This document shows, piece after piece, positions 1-9,308 of a stretch of 32,000 nucleotides of DNA. A model generated the notes under the pieces. The model saw nothing but the letters and a program-made list of their open reading frames with translations. It was not told the DNA's origin and did not search any database. A program made the translations under genes and the position numbers. The stretch is from Bellilinea caldifistulae (GTDB lineage Bacteria > Chloroflexota > Anaerolineae > Anaerolineales > Anaerolineaceae), in assembly GCF_001306055.1 (NCBI RefSeq), contig NZ_LGHJ01000017.1, positions 60,001-92,000 of the forward strand, in the 5' to 3' direction. Each line of letters begins with the position of its first letter. Position 1 is the stretch's first letter.

Positions 1-819
1 TGCCAGATTGCCGACGACCATTGTGTCTTCTGTAAATTGCTTAACCGCCGAAGCCAGACTCACACGGCTGCCAATCCAGTAGCCTGCAGCGCCACTGGTA
101 TGCAATTGGGTCAATTGGGCTTCATCCGCCAGCGGATTGTGCAGGATGACCCCAAAATGCTGATTCTGGACCTCCCGAATCAAACGTTGAATGTGGCGTA
201 AAGAAAACCGTTCGCGCTGATCAGCGGTCAAAGCATCCTCCAGCGGCTCACTAACCACAACGCCGTCCGCATCGTTGAAATGGAAAGCATGCAGGTAATC
301 CGGTAAAAAGCGCATGATTTTATCCAGGAGCGCATCCAAAACTTCCGGCTTCTGGTTAAGAATTTCCTCCCAACGCTCTTCGCCAATCATCTGTCGGGCA
401 ACTGCCAGCGGTCCGTTCATGATTCCCAAAACGAATGGTTTAGGATCCGGAAGACGTTCTTTTAGCAAGCGGGGGATAGCCAGCGTGACCGTCGTGCGTT
501 TATGCCCCGGCCGGGGAATGATCATCGCCTCAACATCCTGTTGAGAACCAATCATCGCTGCTGAGGCACCAATCGGCATTTCCGCCTCCACTTGAAGCGG
601 TGTGCCAAACGCTTCAGCCTCGATCATTCGGTCCCAAATGGGTAAAAGAAACGCACCTCCAAACCGCTTGTACACCTCTTCAAGAACCTGAATTTGCGTA
701 TTGGTATCGGTAGCAAATTCAGAGATGGCTTTGTCCATTTCCAATCCAACCGGATATCCCGCCGGGAGGATGAATAAACGCTGTTTCGATTTTAGAACGG
801 TTTCAGTAAGGTGGAGCAT
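1..819 (-). CDS. URO-D superfamily protein (MtaA/CmuA methyltransferase or uroporphyrinogen decarboxylase-like); C-terminus lies beyond the window edge
   Basis: The frame is open from the window edge to an ATG at 819-817. It is missing from the ORF track because no stop falls inside the window. GGAGG (revcomp of 828-832) sits 8 nt upstream of the ATG. My translation, MLHLTETVLKSKQRLFILPAGYPVGLEMDKAISEF...MIEAEAFGTPLQVEAEMP...IMNGPLAVARQMIGEE...GVILHNPLAD...VVGNLA, follows the URO-D/MtaA pattern (EAEAFG, GP..A, ad-hoc H motif, GN at the end). Confidence 0.6.
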   Translation of the reverse strand, partial: MLHLTETVLKSKQRLFILPAGYPVGLEMDKAISEFATDTNTQIQVLEEVYKRFGGAFLLPIWDRMIEAEAFGTPLQVEAEMPIGASAAMIGSQQDVEAMIIPRPGHKRTTVTLAIPRLLKERLPDPKPFVLGIMNGPLAVARQMIGEERWEEILNQKPEVLDALLDKIMRFLPDYLHAFHFNDADGVVVSEPLEDALTADQRERFSLRHIQRLIREVQNQHFGVILHNPLADEAQLTQLHTSGAAGYWIGSRVSLASAVKQFTEDTMVVGNLA

Positions 820-963
820 AAAGGCTACCTCCGCAAGGAATATGATTTTTTTTGAATGGACTAATTTTAAACCCATTCGCGCCTTATGGCTGAAAGGCAG
901 CGTATCTTTTCTTATGCAACAAGAAAGGTCTTTCATATCATTTACCCAATTGCTAAAAAACCC

Positions 964-1010
964 TTGACAAAAACAGAAACAAGCAATAACATTAGTTATA
1001 TGCTATAACT
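964..1010 (+). promoter_or_regulatory. Putative promoter plus TetR operator palindrome upstream of the tetR-family gene
   Basis: TTGACA at 964-969 with TAACAT 17 bp downstream at 987-992. A perfect 7-3-7 inverted repeat, AGTTATA-tgc-TATAACT, lies at 994-1010, 14 nt before the ATG at 1024. Confidence 0.4.
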
Positions 1011-1023
1011 TATGTGAGAAATC

Positions 1024-1710
1024 ATGACAAGAAGAGCAAAATTCCGCCAGATCACAATTGACGAAATCAAAAGCCTTGCCCGCCTTCAAATGGCAGAAGG
1101 CGGAACGGCCAGCCTATCGCTGAATGCGATTGCCAAACACATGGGAATGAGCGGCCCGGCATTGTACCGCTACTTTGAGAGCCGTGATGCCTTGATCACC
1201 GCCCTGATTGTAGAAGCTTATGAGGCGCTGGCCAACGCATTGGAAGAAACCGCTGCCCGCTTCGCCGATCAACCGGTACGGGATTGTTTGAGACAAGTCC
1301 TGCTCACCTATCGGCGTTGGGCACTGGATCATCCAATAGATTTTCAATTAATCTTTGGTAATCCCATCCCCGGCTATCAGGGTGAGGAAAAAATCACCGC
1401 CCCCACCGCAGGCAAAGTTTTTGCCCCCATCTTGAAAATCCTGCAACGCGCCTATCAGCAGGAAAACCGCCCGTACCCGTCCTTTTTAGAAAACCTGCCT
1501 CCACAATTACAGGTTCGGCTTTCCCATTCCATGCGAGAATTTCAGCCTTCTCTGCCCGAAAAAGTGGTGTATATCGGAATCGTTGGCTGGTATCACATTC
1601 ATGGGATGATCATGCTGGAACTTTTCAATCATATTCAACCCTTAATCAGCGATCCGGCCACTTTTTACTCCAATGAAATTGAACGGTTAATGGACCAGAT
1701 GAATTTATGA
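1024..1710 (+). CDS. TetR/AcrR family transcriptional regulator (WHG-type C-terminal domain)
   Basis: The N-terminal HTH reads LSLNAIAKHMGMSGPALYRYFESRDALITAL. The C-terminal GWYHIHGMIMLE is a WHG-like motif. The ORF is 228 aa. Confidence 0.9.
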   Translation: MTRRAKFRQITIDEIKSLARLQMAEGGTASLSLNAIAKHMGMSGPALYRYFESRDALITALIVEAYEALANALEETAARFADQPVRDCLRQVLLTYRRWALDHPIDFQLIFGNPIPGYQGEEKITAPTAGKVFAPILKILQRAYQQENRPYPSFLENLPPQLQVRLSHSMREFQPSLPEKVVYIGIVGWYHIHGMIMLELFNHIQPLISDPATFYSNEIERLMDQMNL

Positions 1711-1788
1711 GCCAATGACCGGTTGGCATTTTGCTTTTACGAAATTGTATAAAAAAATTCGATGATCAACATTTAAAGGAGTCAAATC

Positions 1789-2733
1789 ATGTCAAATCAA
1801 ACTTCTCTCCATGTGGTTTTCGGCAGCGGACCGTTGGGGCTTTCCGTTGTGGATGAATTAATGGTTCAAGGCCAGCGGGTACGCCTGGTCAACCGCAGCG
1901 GTAAAGCCGATGTGCCTGCTGAAGTCGAGATTGTTCCGGCTGATGTATATGACCTTCAACAGGCATTGCAAGCCTGTGAAGGAGCTGCTTTTGTGTACCA
2001 GTGTGCCCAACCGCCCTATCACCAGTGGGTGGAAAAATTCCCCTCCTTACAGCAAAACATTCTGGAAGCCTGTGCAGTTGTCGGAGCGCGATTGATCATC
2101 GGCGAGAATCTTTATATGTATGGTGAGGTTGATGGGACAATTCACGAAGGGCTGCCTTACGCCGCCACCACCCGCAAAGGTCAACTGCGCGCCAGGATGG
2201 CGGAGGCTGCTCTGAACGCCCATCAAAAAGGCCGTCTGCCGGCTGTGATCGGCCGCGGTTCTGATTTTTTTGGCCCTCGTGTGCTGGGTTCCACCCTGGG
2301 CGAGCGGGTCTTTGTCCCTGCTTTGCGGGGTAAAACGGCCAGCTTCACCGGCAATCTTAATCTGCCGCACAGCTACACCTACATAAAAGATTTCGGGAAA
2401 GCGCTGGTCAGACTGGCAACGGAAGATCAGGCTTATGGACAGGTCTGGCATGTACCCACTGCGCCGGCCGCCACTCAGCGTCAAATCGGCGAGATGATTT
2501 TTGAAATTCTGGGGCAGCCCCCGAAAATGAGCGGGATGGGACGCTGGATGATGGCAATTGGCGGGTTGTTCATTCCCGAAGCCCGCGAAACGGTTGAGAT
2601 GATGTATGAATTCGAGAAACCATTTGTAATGGATAGCAGCAAATTCACCCGTGCCTTTGGTCAAACAGCCACACCTTTACGGGATGCACTGGCCGAAACC
2701 ATTGATTGGTATCGGGCTTATTTGAATCAATAA
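1789..2733 (+). CDS. NAD(P)-dependent epimerase/dehydratase family (SDR) oxidoreductase
   Basis: AAGGAG lies 8 nt upstream of the ATG. The N-terminal Rossmann motif is VVFGSGPLGLSVVDEL. The 314 aa length is typical of the family, and the gene sits directly downstream of the TetR gene. Confidence 0.8.
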   Translation: MSNQTSLHVVFGSGPLGLSVVDELMVQGQRVRLVNRSGKADVPAEVEIVPADVYDLQQALQACEGAAFVYQCAQPPYHQWVEKFPSLQQNILEACAVVGARLIIGENLYMYGEVDGTIHEGLPYAATTRKGQLRARMAEAALNAHQKGRLPAVIGRGSDFFGPRVLGSTLGERVFVPALRGKTASFTGNLNLPHSYTYIKDFGKALVRLATEDQAYGQVWHVPTAPAATQRQIGEMIFEILGQPPKMSGMGRWMMAIGGLFIPEARETVEMMYEFEKPFVMDSSKFTRAFGQTATPLRDALAETIDWYRAYLNQ

Positions 2734-2762
2734 ACCGTCCAGCTGAATCAAAGGCCTGGATT

Positions 2763-4178
2763 TTACTGCTCCTCCCAGCGGGTGTGAAAAACACCTTCTC
2801 GGTCAATCCGCCGGTAGGTGTGTGCGCCGAAGAAATCCCGTTGAGCCTGAATTAAGTTAGCCGGTAAGCGTTCACTGCGGTAGGCATCAAAGTAGGCCAG
2901 CGAAGCGGACATTGCCGGCACGGCAATTCCCTGTTCGATGGCGATCATAACGACCTTGCGGAGTGACTGCTGAAGGCGGTTGACAGTCTCACTGAAATAA
3001 GAGGAGAGCAGCAGGTTCTGCAGATCCGGCTCGGCCTGATAGGCAGCGGTGATGTCGTTCAACAGGCTGGCGCGAATGATACAACCCGCCCGCCATATGC
3101 GCGCCAATTCCGCCAGATTCAAACCATAATCGTATTCCGCCGAGGCGATCCGCAGCATAGCCATGCCCTGCGCATAAGAAAGGATTTTGCTGGCGTACAA
3201 TGCCTGCCGCACGGCTCGAATCAAATCCTCGCCATTGCCTGTAAAGGCCGGTGCGGAATGACCGAAAATGGTACTGGCATGTTGCCGTTCTGCCTTCATC
3301 GCGGAGAGAATCCGGCTGTAAACCGCCGCATCAATCGTTGGCACGGCAGCACCAATATCCAAAGCGTTCTGGGCCGTCCACTTACCGGTGCCTTTCTGCT
3401 CGGCTTCATCCAGAATGAAATCTACCAGCGGCTGACCGGTTTCTTCATCCGTCTTTGCCAGCACTTTGGCTGTAATTTCAATTAGAAAGGATTTTAATTC
3501 GCCATTATTCCACTGATTGAAAATCTCGCTCAATTGAACCGCGCCTAACCCCAACACCCGCCGAAGCACCTCGTAGGCTTCGGCAATCAACTGCATGTCG
3601 CCATACTCAATGCCATTGTGAACCATTTTGACATAATGGCCGGCTCCGCGCGGGCCGATGTAACTCACACAGGCTGCGCCGTCCTCGGCTTTGGCAGCGA
3701 TTGCGGTCAGAATCGGCTGCAAAATCTGCCACGCAGTTTGGGAACCACCCGGCATCAGGCTCGGCCCCCACAACGCCCCCTCTTCTCCGCCGGATACGCC
3801 CATCCCGATAAAGTGAATTCCTTTTTCAGCCAGATACTGGCTGCGCCGATCGCTGTCCATAAAATACGAATTACCGCCATCTATCAGAATATCACCGGGC
3901 TCCAGATAGGGCAGCACATCCTCGATCGCCTGATCTACCGTCTTTCCAGCCGGCAGCATCAACAACAGGCGGCGCGGCTTTTCGAGCATTTGCACCAGTT
4001 CTCTCAAACTGGCAGCACCCCGCGGTTGAGTGCCGGCAGCAGGCTGTTCCACAAACAGGCGCACTTTTTCCGGCGAACGGTTGAAAACCGCAACGCGGAA
4101 TCCGTTGCGTTGAAAATTGCGTCCCAGGTTAAATCCCATGACCCCAAGTCCATAAATCCCGATTTCTGCCTGTTCCAT
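2763..4178 (-). CDS. gnd: 6-phosphogluconate dehydrogenase, decarboxylating
   Basis: The 471 aa product is colinear with E. coli Gnd: IGIYGLGVMGFNLGRN, GVSGGEEGALWGPSLMPGG, GAGHYVKMVHNGIEYGDMQLIAEAY, ANLIQAQRDFFGAHTY. Its RBS, GAGGAG, is formed by the last codons of purB, 8 nt upstream. Confidence 0.97.
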   Translation of the reverse strand: MEQAEIGIYGLGVMGFNLGRNFQRNGFRVAVFNRSPEKVRLFVEQPAAGTQPRGAASLRELVQMLEKPRRLLLMLPAGKTVDQAIEDVLPYLEPGDILIDGGNSYFMDSDRRSQYLAEKGIHFIGMGVSGGEEGALWGPSLMPGGSQTAWQILQPILTAIAAKAEDGAACVSYIGPRGAGHYVKMVHNGIEYGDMQLIAEAYEVLRRVLGLGAVQLSEIFNQWNNGELKSFLIEITAKVLAKTDEETGQPLVDFILDEAEQKGTGKWTAQNALDIGAAVPTIDAAVYSRILSAMKAERQHASTIFGHSAPAFTGNGEDLIRAVRQALYASKILSYAQGMAMLRIASAEYDYGLNLAELARIWRAGCIIRASLLNDITAAYQAEPDLQNLLLSSYFSETVNRLQQSLRKVVMIAIEQGIAVPAMSASLAYFDAYRSERLPANLIQAQRDFFGAHTYRRIDREGVFHTRWEEQ

Positions 4179-4183
4179 GCGTA

Positions 4184-5587
4184 TTACTCCTCTGCTTTGT
4201 CTTGGATTTCAATGCGGATACGCTCCGCCATTCGGCGCGCCTGTTCCGGCGCAATTCCCAGGTACGTTTCTACCTGCATTAATTGTTGAACGCGCTCAAC
4301 GCCGAGAATGCCGCCAATGTGTTCATCCTGACAGAATAAATCCACCAATGGATTCTCCCGCCCATTTTGTACCGCCTGCCAGGCAACCAGCGAGTGGCCG
4401 CGCAGGCGTTCGTGCATGACCTGCCGATCAGCTCCGGCTTTGACCAGCGCCATCAACACCCTTTCAGTAGCAGCAAAAGGCGCATACTGCTGCAAATTAC
4501 GCCGAATGGCTGCCGAATGGAATTGCATCCCTTTCAAGATTCGCCGGGTTGTGATCAACATCTCCTCGGTGATCAAAAAACACTCCGGAAGCAGCGAGCG
4601 GCGATTAGCCGAATCATCCAGCGTCCGCTCCAGCAACGAAAAAGCGGCATTGCCCCACGCCGTTTGCGGCAGATTTGCTAAAAGCCGCGCCAGCGAGTTG
4701 ATCTTCTCCGCCAGAATGGGATTACGCTTAAACGGCATGGCCGAAGAACCCACTTGCCGGTCGGCAAACGGCTCCTGCCATTCTCCGAGTGGTGGAGACT
4801 GTAAAAACCGCAAATCAAAAGCAAATTTATTCAACACCGCCCCAACGGCCGCCATCTCGCTGATCAAACGATATTCCTGTAAGCGCGGCGCAACCTGCGA
4901 AGTAACCGGGTAAAAAGCCAGATCCAGCTTTTGACTCAGCATTTCTTCAAAGGCTGGCAGGTTTTGCTGACCGATCAGGTCGCCATAAGCAGCTGCAGTT
5001 CCAACCGCTCCCTTGAACCCTTTACCCCGTAATTCCCCTCTCAACCGGCGCAGCGCTTGCCATTCTGTCAGCAAATCCTGGGCATAAAAAGCCAGGCGGT
5101 AGCCCAGCGTGCCTGGCTCGGCTGGTTGCAGGTGGGTAAAGCCCATCACTGGTAAATCGGCAGTCTGCTCAACGTGCCCGGCAAAAAGCAAAAGCACCTC
5201 TTGCAACCGCTGCAGGATCAAATCCAGGGCAGACCGCAGGCGCAGCACCTCGGCATTATCTTCGATATCCATGGAAGTAGCGCCAAGATGAAGCACTCCC
5301 CCGCCCAGCGGCGATTGCTCGGCAAATGTTTTTAATTCTGCCATCAAATCATGGTGAATTTGTGCTTCGATCGCCAGCGCCCGTTCCAGATCAACCTTTT
5401 CTACATTCCGGCGCAGGTCATTTAATTGTTCTTCACTGACCAGTCCAAAATGAGCCTGCGTCTCCGCCAATGCCAGCCAGATACGCCGCCACAGTCGGCG
5501 TTTTTCGCCTTCACTCCAAATCCGCCGCATTTCCGGCGAGCCGTACCGCCAGCTGAACGGTGATTGATAGGTATCCCATTCGCTCAT
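4184..5587 (-). CDS. purB: Adenylosuccinate lyase
   Basis: Carries the fumarate-lyase signature GSSAMPFKRNP and an N-terminus, SPFSWRYGSPEMRRIWSE, typical of PurB. The ORF track starts at a TTG at 5617. I prefer the ATG at 5587 (MSEWDTYQSPF...), but neither start has a clear SD. Confidence 0.93.
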   Translation of the reverse strand: MSEWDTYQSPFSWRYGSPEMRRIWSEGEKRRLWRRIWLALAETQAHFGLVSEEQLNDLRRNVEKVDLERALAIEAQIHHDLMAELKTFAEQSPLGGGVLHLGATSMDIEDNAEVLRLRSALDLILQRLQEVLLLFAGHVEQTADLPVMGFTHLQPAEPGTLGYRLAFYAQDLLTEWQALRRLRGELRGKGFKGAVGTAAAYGDLIGQQNLPAFEEMLSQKLDLAFYPVTSQVAPRLQEYRLISEMAAVGAVLNKFAFDLRFLQSPPLGEWQEPFADRQVGSSAMPFKRNPILAEKINSLARLLANLPQTAWGNAAFSLLERTLDDSANRRSLLPECFLITEEMLITTRRILKGMQFHSAAIRRNLQQYAPFAATERVLMALVKAGADRQVMHERLRGHSLVAWQAVQNGRENPLVDLFCQDEHIGGILGVERVQQLMQVETYLGIAPEQARRMAERIRIEIQDKAEE

Positions 5588-5673
5588 CGTGTTGATTTTA
5601 CTACGAACCGCCGCCAAAACCAGTTGGCTGTCCCAATGTTATAATTTTCTCACCAAATCCTTGAAGCCGAAAG

Positions 5674-6573
5674 GTGATGATCATGGCAGCATCTGCAAAC
5701 ATTGTTCTGCTGGGTAAAATCGGTCAGTTAGGATGGGAGCTGCACCGCGACTTACAGCCGCTGGGCAGGGTGATTGCGTTGGATTATCCGCAAATTGACT
5801 TTACCCGGCCGGCTGAATTGCTTTCCATCGTAGAGTCTTTGCAGCCCGCTCTGATCGTCAATGCCGTTGCCTACACCAATGTCGACAAAGCCGAGAGCGA
5901 ACCCGAATTGTGCGATCAAATCAATTGCTTAACTGTGGAGCAACTGGCTCAACACGCCGCCCGCCGGCGCTGCGGATTAATTCATATCTCCACCGATTAT
6001 GTTTTCGACGGTTCCCAATCTCGCCCGTATACCGAAGAAGACCAGCCTCATCCGCTTAACCATTATGGACGTTCCAAACTGGCCGGTGAACAAGCCGTCC
6101 TCGCCAATGCTCCGGCCTGCTGGGTGCTGCGGACTGCCTGGTTATACAGCCGGCGGGCAAACGACTTTGTTCAACGCGTGCTGACCTGGAGCCGCCAACA
6201 AGAAATCCTCAAAATTGTGGATGATCAGATTGGCTCACCTACCTGGGCAAGGCTGCTTTCCCAAATCATCAGTCTGGCGCTGGCTCAGGCCAGGGGTGAT
6301 TACTTTGAATTCATCCAGGCCACACGCGGCGTCTATCACCTCGCCGGTGATGGGGCTGCCAGCCGATTAGCGTGGGTTGAAAAAATCCTCGAACTCGACC
6401 CGGCGCGGCACGAGCAAAAAACCAGACAGGTACTGCCCGCAAAAACCGCCGAATTTCCTACCCCGGCGCAGCGTCCGTTGTTTACCGCACTCGATTGCAG
6501 CAAGTTCGAGAGGGTCTTCGGATTGCGTTTGCCAGCCTGGGATCAGGCGCTTGCGCTGGCAATGGAAAAATAA
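5674..6573 (+). CDS. rfbD: dTDP-4-dehydrorhamnose reductase
   Basis: IVLLGKIGQLGWEL (Rossmann fold), NAVAYTNVDKAESEPE and HISTDYVFDG are RmlD hallmarks. The track start is a GTG at 5674. The ATGs at 5677 and 5683 are equally possible; the 5683 start has GGTGA 5 nt upstream. Confidence 0.92.
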   Translation: MMIMAASANIVLLGKIGQLGWELHRDLQPLGRVIALDYPQIDFTRPAELLSIVESLQPALIVNAVAYTNVDKAESEPELCDQINCLTVEQLAQHAARRRCGLIHISTDYVFDGSQSRPYTEEDQPHPLNHYGRSKLAGEQAVLANAPACWVLRTAWLYSRRANDFVQRVLTWSRQQEILKIVDDQIGSPTWARLLSQIISLALAQARGDYFEFIQATRGVYHLAGDGAASRLAWVEKILELDPARHEQKTRQVLPAKTAEFPTPAQRPLFTALDCSKFERVFGLRLPAWDQALALAMEK

Positions 6574-6577
6574 TCGG

Positions 6578-7450
6578 CTATTTCAGCAGAGTTTCCAGCC
6601 GCGAACGGTAGGTGCTGTTCCCCAATTCATCCAGCAGGCGACGCAATTGCTCACGGTCAATGAAGCCCATTCGGAAAGCAATTTCCTCCGGGCTGGAAAT
6701 CATCATCCCCTGCCGTTCCTCGACCGTCTGGATGAAAGCGGCCGCCTGGAGCAAGGATTCATGCGTGCCGGCATCCAGCCAGGCCACACCACGCCCCAGT
6801 TCCTGCACAAACAACTTCCCCAACCGCATGTAGGTCAAATTGACGTCAGTAATTTCCAGTTCGCCGCGGGGAGATGGTTTAAGCTCAGCCGCAATCTGGA
6901 TGACCTGATTATCGTAAAAATACATGCCCGGCACGGCATAATTCGAGCGGGGATTAGCCGGTTTTTCCTCCAAACTAAGCGCTTTTCCTTCCGAATCAAA
7001 CTCGATCACGCCATAACGCCACGGGTCTTGCACCGGATAGGCAAAAATGGCTGCGCCGCCCCCGTTGCTCACCCGGGCGGCCATCGAGCGCAAGACCGCC
7101 GGCAGTCCATGCCCGAAGAAAATGTTATCCCCCAGGATCAGGCACACCGGGTCACTGCCGACAAAATCCTTACCAACGCGGAAGGCATCCGCCAATCCGC
7201 GCGGCTGATCTTGCTCGGCATAACTGAATTTCATCCCCCACTGACTGCCATCCCGGAGCAACCGCCGAAACGATGGTAAATCCTCCGGCGTGCTGATCAC
7301 CAGCACCTCGCGGATTCCAGCCAGCATCAACATCGAAAGGGGGTAGTAAACCATCGGTTTGTCATAAACCGGCAGGAGCTGCTTGCTGGTTACAATCGTC
7401 AACGGATGAAGACGGGTGCCTTTTCCCCCGGCGAGAATAATTCCCTTCAT
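6578..7450 (-). CDS. rfbA: Glucose-1-phosphate thymidylyltransferase
   Basis: [18 protein letters not shown] is the canonical RmlA N-terminus. The ATG at 7450 overlaps the rfbB stop (ATGA). The 26 aa extension in the ORF track (up to 7528) lies inside rfbB and is rejected. Confidence 0.95.
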   Translation of the reverse strand: MKGIILAGGKGTRLHPLTIVTSKQLLPVYDKPMVYYPLSMLMLAGIREVLVISTPEDLPSFRRLLRDGSQWGMKFSYAEQDQPRGLADAFRVGKDFVGSDPVCLILGDNIFFGHGLPAVLRSMAARVSNGGGAAIFAYPVQDPWRYGVIEFDSEGKALSLEEKPANPRSNYAVPGMYFYDNQVIQIAAELKPSPRGELEITDVNLTYMRLGKLFVQELGRGVAWLDAGTHESLLQAAAFIQTVEERQGMMISSPEEIAFRMGFIDREQLRRLLDELGNSTYRSRLETLLK

Positions 7451-8532
7451 TTTGCTTCTCCTCGTGCAGCGTAATTTTTCATCAGCCAGGCCTGATACTC
7501 CTGCTGTTGGCGTATGGCGCTTACCCATTGGCTGTTATCCAGATACCACTCTACCGTCTGACGCAAGCCGCTCGCCAGTTCAAATCGGGGTTTCCACCCC
7601 AATTCACGCTCGATTTTGCGGATGTCCATCGCATAACGCCGGTCGTGACCCGGACGGTCGGTGACATGCTGCTTCAACTGAAAGTGCGGTCGATATGGAG
7701 ATTCTGGACGTAGTTCATCGAGCAGGGCACAAATTTGCCGGATGATTTCCAGATTGGTGGGCTGATTGTTGCCGCCGATGTTGTAGGTTTCGCCAGCCTT
7801 TCCATCTTGCAGGATGCTGTAAATCGCCTCGCAGTGATCCTGTACATGCAGCCAATCACGGATTTGGTTACCGTCTCCGTAAACGGGCAAGGGTTTACCT
7901 TCCAGCGCGTTGAGAATCATCAAGGGGATTAATTTTTCCGGGAACTGGCGTGGCCCGTAGTTGTTGGAACAATTGGAAATGGTCACCGGCAGGCCGTAAG
8001 TATGAAAATAGGCGCGTACCAGATGATCACTGGCTGCTTTGGATGCCGAATATGGCGAATTGGGGGCGTAAGGGGTGTCCTCGCGAAAAGGCGGATCCTC
8101 GGGTTTAAGCGATCCAAACACCTCATCGGTCGAGACATGATGAAAACGCACCGGACGGTTTTGAGCAAAGTTCTCTTTGAGCCAGAACTGGCGGCAGGCT
8201 TCCAGTAAGGTATACGTGCCGACAATGTTGGTTTGAACGAACTGATCGGGACCGTGAATGGAGCGATCCACATGCGATTCAGCTGCAAAATGCACGACCG
8301 TGTCAATTTCGTGTTCGTGCAGCAGGCGATCCACCAGAGAGCGGTCGCAAATATCCCCCTGCACAAATTCATGCCGGTTTTCATCCGGCAGCCCTTTGAG
8401 GTTCTCCAGACTGCCGGCATAGGTCAGCGCATCCAGATTGATCACTCGAACGGTTGGGTTAGCCGCTAAAATAAAATGGACAAAGTTTGAACCAATAAAA
8501 CCTGCACCGCCGGTCACCAGGATATTTTGCAT
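7447..8532 (-). CDS. rfbB: dTDP-glucose 4,6-dehydratase
   Basis: Motifs [36 protein letters not shown] and the [17 protein letters not shown] region. GGAGG lies 4 nt upstream of the ATG. Confidence 0.97.
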   Translation of the reverse strand: MQNILVTGGAGFIGSNFVHFILAANPTVRVINLDALTYAGSLENLKGLPDENRHEFVQGDICDRSLVDRLLHEHEIDTVVHFAAESHVDRSIHGPDQFVQTNIVGTYTLLEACRQFWLKENFAQNRPVRFHHVSTDEVFGSLKPEDPPFREDTPYAPNSPYSASKAASDHLVRAYFHTYGLPVTISNCSNNYGPRQFPEKLIPLMILNALEGKPLPVYGDGNQIRDWLHVQDHCEAIYSILQDGKAGETYNIGGNNQPTNLEIIRQICALLDELRPESPYRPHFQLKQHVTDRPGHDRRYAMDIRKIERELGWKPRFELASGLRQTVEWYLDNSQWVSAIRQQQEYQAWLMKNYAARGEAK

Positions 8533-8550
8533 CGTTCCTCCATCATCACA

Positions 8551-9099
8551 TCAGGGATAGGTTTCAGCCTGCTCCAGCCGTAAACCGGCCCGGTCTTTTT
8601 CAGAAATAAGCAATTCCACCCCCTCCCTCAACGGCCATGCAATCCCCACCGTCGGGTCGTTCCACAAAAGGGTGCGATCCCAATGCGGTGCATAAAAATC
8701 GCTGGCTTTATAGACGACTTCTGCCCACTCACTGATCACATAAAATCCGTGAGCAAAACCGGGGGGAATCCACAGCTGGCGCTTATTCTCGGCGGAGAGG
8801 ATTTCCCCCACCCATTGACCAAAGGTGGGCGAACTACGCCGTAAATCCACTGCCACATCAAAAATTTCACCAGTTACCACCCGTACCAGTTTCCCCTGGG
8901 CTTGCCGAATCTGGTAATGCAGACCGCGCAGAGTACCGCGCCTTGAGCCGGAGTGATTATCCTGCACAAATTGAGCCGTGATCCCATGCTCGGCGAATAC
9001 TTTTTGTTGATAGGTTTCCATGAAGAAACCGCGCTGGTCACCGAACAGACGCGGCTCGATCAGAATGACATCTGCAATCCGGCAGGGGGTAAATTTCAT
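8551..9099 (-). CDS. rfbC: dTDP-4-dehydrorhamnose 3,5-epimerase
   Basis: From the ATG at 9099 the product reads MKFTPCRIADVILIEPRLFGDQRGFFMETY...GTLRGLHYQ...VAVDLRRSSPTFGQW...IPPGFAHGF, matching RmlC cupin motifs. The upstream 27 aa of the track ORF have no family counterpart. Confidence 0.94.
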   Translation of the reverse strand: MKFTPCRIADVILIEPRLFGDQRGFFMETYQQKVFAEHGITAQFVQDNHSGSRRGTLRGLHYQIRQAQGKLVRVVTGEIFDVAVDLRRSSPTFGQWVGEILSAENKRQLWIPPGFAHGFYVISEWAEVVYKASDFYAPHWDRTLLWNDPTVGIAWPLREGVELLISEKDRAGLRLEQAETYP

Positions 9100-9308
9100 C
9101 CTGCTAATTTTACTTGAAAGCCGCGGGGATGAGAACATTCTTTGAAAAAAATCAAGGATAGGCGGTCGAAAACACCACAATTCTCAAACTTTTCTAAAAC
9201 TTATTTATTGATATTTCTGATAAAATTAATAAAAGTTATATCAACTCCTTTTCAAAGTAATCATCGGAGTGAGTGGGGGTAAGTTGGGTTTGCGGGAGGA
9301 ATTTTACA

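Noticed and set aside
1711-1740. A short hairpin, GCCAA-tgaccgg-TTGGC, followed by a T-rich stretch after the tetR stop, as a possible terminator.
   Set aside because: The stem is only 5 bp and the T-run is interrupted, which is too weak to call. tetR and the SDR gene may well be co-transcribed.
6377-7279. A 300 aa plus-strand ORF antisense to rfbA. Similar long antisense ORFs lie at 2047-2664(-), 3618-4289(+), 4416-4913(+), 14159-14722(+), 15359-15922(+) and 16787-17560(-).
   Set aside because: Each lies entirely opposite a gene with unmistakable family motifs. Their translations are low-complexity and Arg/Pro/Gly/Ser-rich with no recognisable motifs or RBS, which is typical of stop-poor antisense frames in moderately GC-rich coding DNA.
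7451-7528. N-terminal extensions of the track ORFs for rfbA. The same applies to rfbC 9100-9180, the 5'-nucleotidase 16091-16129, fixX 18931-18951, DegV 23045-23119 and LamG 9273-9308.
   Set aside because: The extensions overlap upstream genes or lack family counterparts. Internal ATGs coincide with canonical family N-termini or signal peptides and have proper RBS spacing or ATGA coupling.
9100-9308. AT-rich intergenic tracts (also 12627-12870 and 16130-16396) as possible mobile-element scars or small RNA genes.
   Set aside because: I found no terminal inverted repeats, direct-repeat flanks, tRNA-like structure or conserved riboswitch cores. They are more simply explained as divergent or upstream promoter regions of the secreted-protein genes.
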